Notes under the pieces: generated by a model | Database searches by the model: none | What the model saw: the letters and a program-made list of their open reading frames with translations, nothing else | What the model was told of the DNA's origin: nothing | Part shown: positions 59,681-64,000 of the stretch, piece after piece | How the letters are laid out: every line of letters starts with the position of its first letter | Numbering within the stretch: the stretch's first letter is position 1 | Position numbers and translations under genes: made by a program | Assembly (NCBI GenBank): GCA_040882355.1 | Contig: JBBEBM010000004.1 | Location: 1-64,000 of the forward strand | Length of the DNA stretch: 64,000 bases | Direction: 5' to 3' | Source of the DNA: Dehalococcoidia bacterium | GTDB lineage: Bacteria > Chloroflexota > Dehalococcoidia > DSTF01 > RBG-16-68-14

Positions 59681-60943
59681 TCAACTACCATGCCCGCGTC
59701 CTGAGATCGTTACGCCTTGAGCTTCAGCAACACGAAGGCCAGCGGGTGAGGATCCCGCGAGCCAGAGCGAGACGTGGGCCGGCTGCACGGTCTCGTTCAC
59801 GACAGCGATGAGGTCGCCCTGGAGCGTCTCCATGTCGACCTCATCGCGCAAGCGGGCGCTGAACGCTTCGAGCGTCTTCGCGGCGTCGTAGCGGCGCCGA
59901 TTGAAGCGGTGGTCGACGGCGTCCTGGATGCGCTGGCGCGCGGGCAGGAAGAGCGCCGCGACGACGAGCGTCGTGAGCGCGATGGCGACGTCTGAGCCGC
60001 CTGTAAACGGCTCGAAGAGCGGCTCGAGGCCGATGACGAGGCCGAAGTAGGTGAGGCCAAGGGCGGCCGTCAACAGGCCATAGACCAGCGTGCGGTTGAT
60101 GATCCGGTCGATGTCGTAGAGGCGGTAGCGGAGGACGGCGACACCGATGGCGATGGGGAAGCCGCCCAGCAGCATCAGGATCACAATGCTCCAACCCACG
60201 TTGGCGACCGCCTCGACCTGCTGGAAGGCGGACAATGCCATCCCCACGGCCATCAATGCCGCCGCGTAGGCAAACCACTTGAGTTGTTGGCGTTCGACAC
60301 CTTTCGCTCGGACGAGGCGCAGGACCATAGAGAGCGCCGCGCCGACGATGCCAGCGACGAAGAACGGCCACCCGGCAGTCCGCAACCATCGCCCGAGGGT
60401 ATCGGCGCCGCCGCCAGTCAGGGGATTGTCGAAGTCGTCCGACAGGTTGGCGGCGAGTGCCTCGCCAGCGATCCAACAGGCCGCGCCAAAGGTCGCGATC
60501 CAGGCGACGAGGCGCCAGCGCGATGAGAGCAGACGCCCGTTGGGAAACAGCAGTGGCAGGTAGACCATTGGCAGGGTGAGCGCGGGAAGCCAGAGCCACG
60601 CCCCGACCCAGGCCATCCACGCTCCGCCCGCGAGCGAGTCGGGACGTAGGCTGGCGAGCTCTGCGTACGTCTCGGCTAAGCCCTGCGTGAGCCACAGGGG
60701 CGCGAACGCGCACATGATCCAGCCGACCGGGTTCTCCGGCCGGCGTGACGCGATCACGGCGCCAACCGTGGCGAAGGTGAAGAGTCCGACGGCGAAGCCG
60801 ATGGCGAGCCAGACGGAGTTCGCACTAAGCTTTGGGCCCGATGACACGCTTGCGTAGATCAGCAACGTCGCCAGCAGGGCAACGATCAGCAAGTAGAGCG
60901 CCCACAGTCCCCACGCAAGCCGGGCAGCGGTACGCCGGCTCAC
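59681..60943 (-). CDS. Multi-pass membrane sensor ending in an N-terminal half-GAF (paralog 2)
   Basis: GTGA-coupled start; RRPENPVGW, LLFPNG, ERQQLKW, RYRLYDID, YDAAKTLEAFSARLRDEVD...QPAHVSLWL. Confidence 0.82.
   Translation of the reverse strand: MSRRTAARLAWGLWALYLLIVALLATLLIYASVSSGPKLSANSVWLAIGFAVGLFTFATVGAVIASRRPENPVGWIMCAFAPLWLTQGLAETYAELASLRPDSLAGGAWMAWVGAWLWLPALTLPMVYLPLLFPNGRLLSSRWRLVAWIATFGAACWIAGEALAANLSDDFDNPLTGGGADTLGRWLRTAGWPFFVAGIVGAALSMVLRLVRAKGVERQQLKWFAYAAALMAVGMALSAFQQVEAVANVGWSIVILMLLGGFPIAIGVAVLRYRLYDIDRIINRTLVYGLLTAALGLTYFGLVIGLEPLFEPFTGGSDVAIALTTLVVAALFLPARQRIQDAVDHRFNRRRYDAAKTLEAFSARLRDEVDMETLQGDLIAVVNETVQPAHVSLWLAGSSPAGLRVAEAQGVTISGRGHGS
59682..59713 (-). promoter_or_regulatory. 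Direct-repeat box + -10 (copy 2)
   Basis: GTAACG-ATCTC-AGGACG-N9-TAGTTG. Confidence 0.55.
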
Positions 60944-62136
60944 CGCCGCGCCTCCGACGGTCGCAGCCAAAGGGAGACGTGCGCCGGCTGCACCGTCTCG
61001 TTCACGACGGCGATGAGGTCGCCCTGAAGCGTCTCCATGTCCACTTCGTCGCGCAGGCGGGCGCTGAACGCCTCGAGCGTCCTCGCAGCGTCGTAGCGAC
61101 GGCGGTTGAAGCGACTGTCGACGGCGTCCTGGATGCGCCGCCGCGCGGGCAGGAAGAGCGCCGCGACGGCCAGCGTCGTGAGGGCGATGGCCACGTCGGA
61201 GCCGCCCGCGACGGGTTGGAAGAGCGCTTGAAGGCCGACGACGAGGCCAAGGTAGGTGAGGCCGAGCGCGGCCGTCAGCAACCCGTAGACGAGGGTGCGG
61301 TTGATGATCCGGTCGATGTCGTAGAGGCGGTAGCGGAAGATGGCGATGCCTACGGAAGCGGGAACAAGGCCAATCGCCAAGAGGTAGACGGCGCCTGGCA
61401 GCGAGATCCCGGCGAACTCGAGCATAGGGCCGACGAACAGATTGAGGACGAGCGCGCAAAGCGTAGCCCCGACGAACCACTTGATCTGCTGACGCTCGAC
61501 GCTGCCCGCCCGCCGGAAGCGCAGCACCAGAGAGGGTATGCCCATGAGCGTAGCGCCGACAAACCCGAAGAATGCAGCGTCGCCGATCACCTCCATCAGA
61601 AGCCCCGTGCGGGGGATCCCGATGGGGTTCGTCAGCTCTTCGTAACCCTGCACGGCCCCCGGTGTCAGCGTCCACGCGAGCGCAGCTATGATCAGGCAGC
61701 CGGCAGCCAACCGTCCCACCCAGCGCCAGCGCGGCGTGAGGTACTCGCCTGTCGGAAAGAGGAGCGGCAGGAACGCCCCGAGCGAGCCGCCCCCCAGCAG
61801 CCACGTGCTCGTTACTAATGCCACGATTAGAGCGCGCGCCGGCAGGTCGTGGTCGCGGCCCGCTTCGTAGTAGACGCCAGCAAGGTTTGCGATCATCATC
61901 GAGACGGGCGCGAATGCGAACAGCAGGCCGATGCGATGCCCCGGAAGGCGGGCAAGGATGAGCGCGCCTACCGACGCCAAGAGCAAGAATGTGGGAAGTG
62001 CGATGACGATGTCGACTCGTGCCTGGCCTGAAGACAGGTCATCAGTGAGTGAGAGGAGGGCGAGGGTCATGACCCACAGGGCGACCGTCGCAATAACGGA
62101 CGCGAGGCCCACCAAACGTGACCCTCGAGGGCTCAT
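60940..62136 (-). CDS. Multi-pass membrane sensor ending in an N-terminal half-GAF (paralog 1)
   Basis: GGAGG RBS; LLFPTG, ERQQIKW, RYRLYDID, YDAARTLEAFSARLRDEVD...QPAHVSLWL. Confidence 0.82.
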   Translation of the reverse strand: MSPRGSRLVGLASVIATVALWVMTLALLSLTDDLSSGQARVDIVIALPTFLLLASVGALILARLPGHRIGLLFAFAPVSMMIANLAGVYYEAGRDHDLPARALIVALVTSTWLLGGGSLGAFLPLLFPTGEYLTPRWRWVGRLAAGCLIIAALAWTLTPGAVQGYEELTNPIGIPRTGLLMEVIGDAAFFGFVGATLMGIPSLVLRFRRAGSVERQQIKWFVGATLCALVLNLFVGPMLEFAGISLPGAVYLLAIGLVPASVGIAIFRYRLYDIDRIINRTLVYGLLTAALGLTYLGLVVGLQALFQPVAGGSDVAIALTTLAVAALFLPARRRIQDAVDSRFNRRRYDAARTLEAFSARLRDEVDMETLQGDLIAVVNETVQPAHVSLWLRPSEARR

Positions 62137-62193
62137 CGCCGGGCCTCCGACGCTCGCAACCGAACCGAGATCGTCGCCGGTTCCATTGCCTTG

Positions 62194-62988
62194 CTACTGC
62201 ACCTCCAGCGTGCCCTTCATCGACTCGTGACCGTCGACCGCGCAGTGGTAGGTGTAGCTGCCTGGGGCCAGCGCGGGCAATTCAATGAGCTCCTCACTGC
62301 CGGGCCGGACCGTCACATCGATAGCGAAGTCGTCCATGGTGAAGGTGTGCAGGAACGCGTCATCATTTTCCACGACGACGCGCGGCGCTTCGCCCCCGGC
62401 TACCTCGATCTGCTCCGGCGAAAACTCCGTCTTGTGCATCCTCACGGACAGAGCTCCGACCTTGTCCTGGGCGCTGACGGTGGAGCGGCCGGACACGGTG
62501 AGCACGCCCGATACGACGAATAGGACGCCCAGGACAACGACGATCGTCCCGGCGACAGCACGCTCCACGGCCGATGGCGAGAACCGAACGGCGTGGGCTC
62601 GCGTTTCGCGCAGCGCCACAATGCCGCTGGTAACCACGATAACCGATCCGGCGAGCCCAATCATGCTGGGGATGAAGTCGAAGAAGCTCTCCGGATGGAG
62701 GAGCTCGTAGTAGAAGTTGTAGCCCTGGATGAAGAACCAGACGACGAGCGCGAGAATGACCACCGGGATCATGGCCCGCGCTCCGAAACGCAACACGAGC
62801 CCTGCGAGCAAGAAGGTCACCACAAGCGCCGCGCCGCCAAAGACGAGCGCGCCTCCCCAGTCACCGGATATGCCGAACCCCACAGCCTCGAGCACGACCG
62901 ACAGGGCGAGGAGGGTGAGTCCCAGCAGAGCGCCTTGCTTGTAGACGGGCAGCCCCTCTGCAGCCTGGGCGGAAGCTCCCATAGCCAT
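62194..62988 (-). CDS. Membrane protein with C-terminal cupredoxin domain
   Basis: ~5 TM helices, then N.D.FLHTF and YHCAVDGHESMKG (His, Cys, His, Met type-1 copper ligands). Confidence 0.85.
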   Translation of the reverse strand: MAMGASAQAAEGLPVYKQGALLGLTLLALSVVLEAVGFGISGDWGGALVFGGAALVVTFLLAGLVLRFGARAMIPVVILALVVWFFIQGYNFYYELLHPESFFDFIPSMIGLAGSVIVVTSGIVALRETRAHAVRFSPSAVERAVAGTIVVVLGVLFVVSGVLTVSGRSTVSAQDKVGALSVRMHKTEFSPEQIEVAGGEAPRVVVENDDAFLHTFTMDDFAIDVTVRPGSEELIELPALAPGSYTYHCAVDGHESMKGTLEVQ

Positions 62989-63043
62989 TCGTCCGTCTCC
63001 TTTCTCGTGACCGGCGCCGCTTTGGCGCGCTGGCTTCTGTTCG

Positions 63044-63075
63044 ATTGTATGTAGCCGGCGTCACGAGAACGTTAC
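63044..63075 (-). promoter_or_regulatory. Direct-repeat box + -10 (copy 3, operon promoter)
   Basis: GTAACG-TTCTC-GTGACG-N9-TACAAT. Confidence 0.7.
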
Positions 63076-63156
63076 GACAACGATGCCCGGTTCCTGTTCG
63101 TTGCGCTGGGTCATGGTGTCGAGTATCACATCGGTAGGGAAGTGAGGCAAGACACG

Positions 63157-64000
63157 ATGCCACGCCTGGTTGTCCGATTGCTCGGCCCGCCCATCGCCGA
63201 GCTGGACGGCGCCCCAATCGAGGTCGACACCCGCAAGGCGACCGCGCTGCTCGCCTATCTGGCCGTCACGGAGCGGCCGCATGCCCGCGATTCGCTGGCC
63301 GCGCTCCTCTGGCCCGACTACGACCAGACGAGCGCTCGCGCCGCCCTCCGGCGGACGCTCTCAACGCTGCGAAAGGCGCTGGCCAGCGGCTGGCTCACAA
63401 CACAGGGCGACCTGATCGGGCTCGACAGGGATGACCTCTGGCTCGACGCGGAGCGCTTCCATAGCCTCGCCGCGCCGCGCGCCGATCACCCCCACCCGCC
63501 GTCGGAACCGTGCGCGGACTGCCTGGTAGCGCTCGAGGAAGCGCTGGGGCTCTACCGGGACAGCTTCCTCGCCGGCTTCTCGCTGCGCGACAGTCCTGAG
63601 TTCGACGACTGGCAGTCGCTGCAGGCGGAGGCGCTGCGCCGCGAGCTGGCCGAGGCGCTCGACCGGCTCGTCGCGGGCTATATCGCCGGCGAGGACTATT
63701 CGGCGGCCGCGCGCCACGCGCAACGAAGGCTGGCGCTGGACCCGCTGCACGAGCCCGCCCACCGGACGCTGATGCTGCTCTACGCCTGGACCGGCGAACG
63801 CGGCGCCGCACTGCAGCAGTACCGCGCTTGCGTGCGCGCGCTCGACGAGGAGCTGGGGGTCGCGCCACTGGAGGACACGTCGCGGCTCTACCACGCGATC
63901 GTCGGGGACCAGGCGCCGCCTCCGCCGCGGCGCTCGGTCCCCGCGGCGACTACCCCGGCTCCCGAGCGCTCTCCGGGCCCCGGGCCGCCGGCCGCGCGCG
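63157..64000 (+). CDS. SARP/AfsR-type transcriptional regulator (wHTH + BTAD), runs off the window
   Basis: Own translation from ATG 63157: MPRLVVRLLGPP...RKATALLAYL...RDSLAALLWP...LYRDSFLAGF...FDDW...LDPLHEPAHRTLM...ELGVAP. Confidence 0.9.
   Translation, partial: MPRLVVRLLGPPIAELDGAPIEVDTRKATALLAYLAVTERPHARDSLAALLWPDYDQTSARAALRRTLSTLRKALASGWLTTQGDLIGLDRDDLWLDAERFHSLAAPRADHPHPPSEPCADCLVALEEALGLYRDSFLAGFSLRDSPEFDDWQSLQAEALRRELAEALDRLVAGYIAGEDYSAAARHAQRRLALDPLHEPAHRTLMLLYAWTGERGAALQQYRACVRALDEELGVAPLEDTSRLYHAIVGDQAPPPPRRSVPAATTPAPERSPGPGPPAAR

Noticed and set aside
60944..61804. 707-aa version of sensor paralog 2
   Set aside because: The upstream 287 codons are an alternate frame of paralog 1; a GTGA-coupled start at 60943 fits the paralog alignment

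Overview
High-GC (roughly two-thirds G+C by eye) bacterial chromosome segment. Gene content suggests monoderm Chloroflexota, probably Dehalococcoidia-like (inference): AGAAC-N4-GTTCT LexA boxes, a type IV pilus cluster with no secretin, PT-linker/RCC1 surface proteins with dockerin-like tails, and an F420-type LLM oxidoreductase. Left to right: a CBS-korAB-CBS operon, tRNA-Asp next to a candidate structured ncRNA, rsmG, catabolic and stress genes (SOS-boxed radical SAM, desaturase, msrA, osmC), a small DR-flanked insertion carrying a tRNA-Gly remnant, a type IV pilus operon (26.4-39.2 kb) with a ~1,180-aa modular pilin-adhesin, a protease-less prepilin-peptidase fragment and two predicted c-di-GMP sensors, and two RCC1 surface proteins (one ~2,530 aa). 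The best candidate for an undescribed system is at 55-64 kb. Three tandem membrane sensors each stop after the first half of a GAF domain, and the PP2C phosphatase/anti-sigma kinase that follows begins with the complementary second half. Two STAS proteins follow, no sigma factor is present, and a repeated direct-repeat box sits 9 nt upstream of -10 elements facing away from a divergent SARP/BTAD regulator. All family assignments come from motif recognition without database searches. No CRISPR array, rRNA or transposase was seen.
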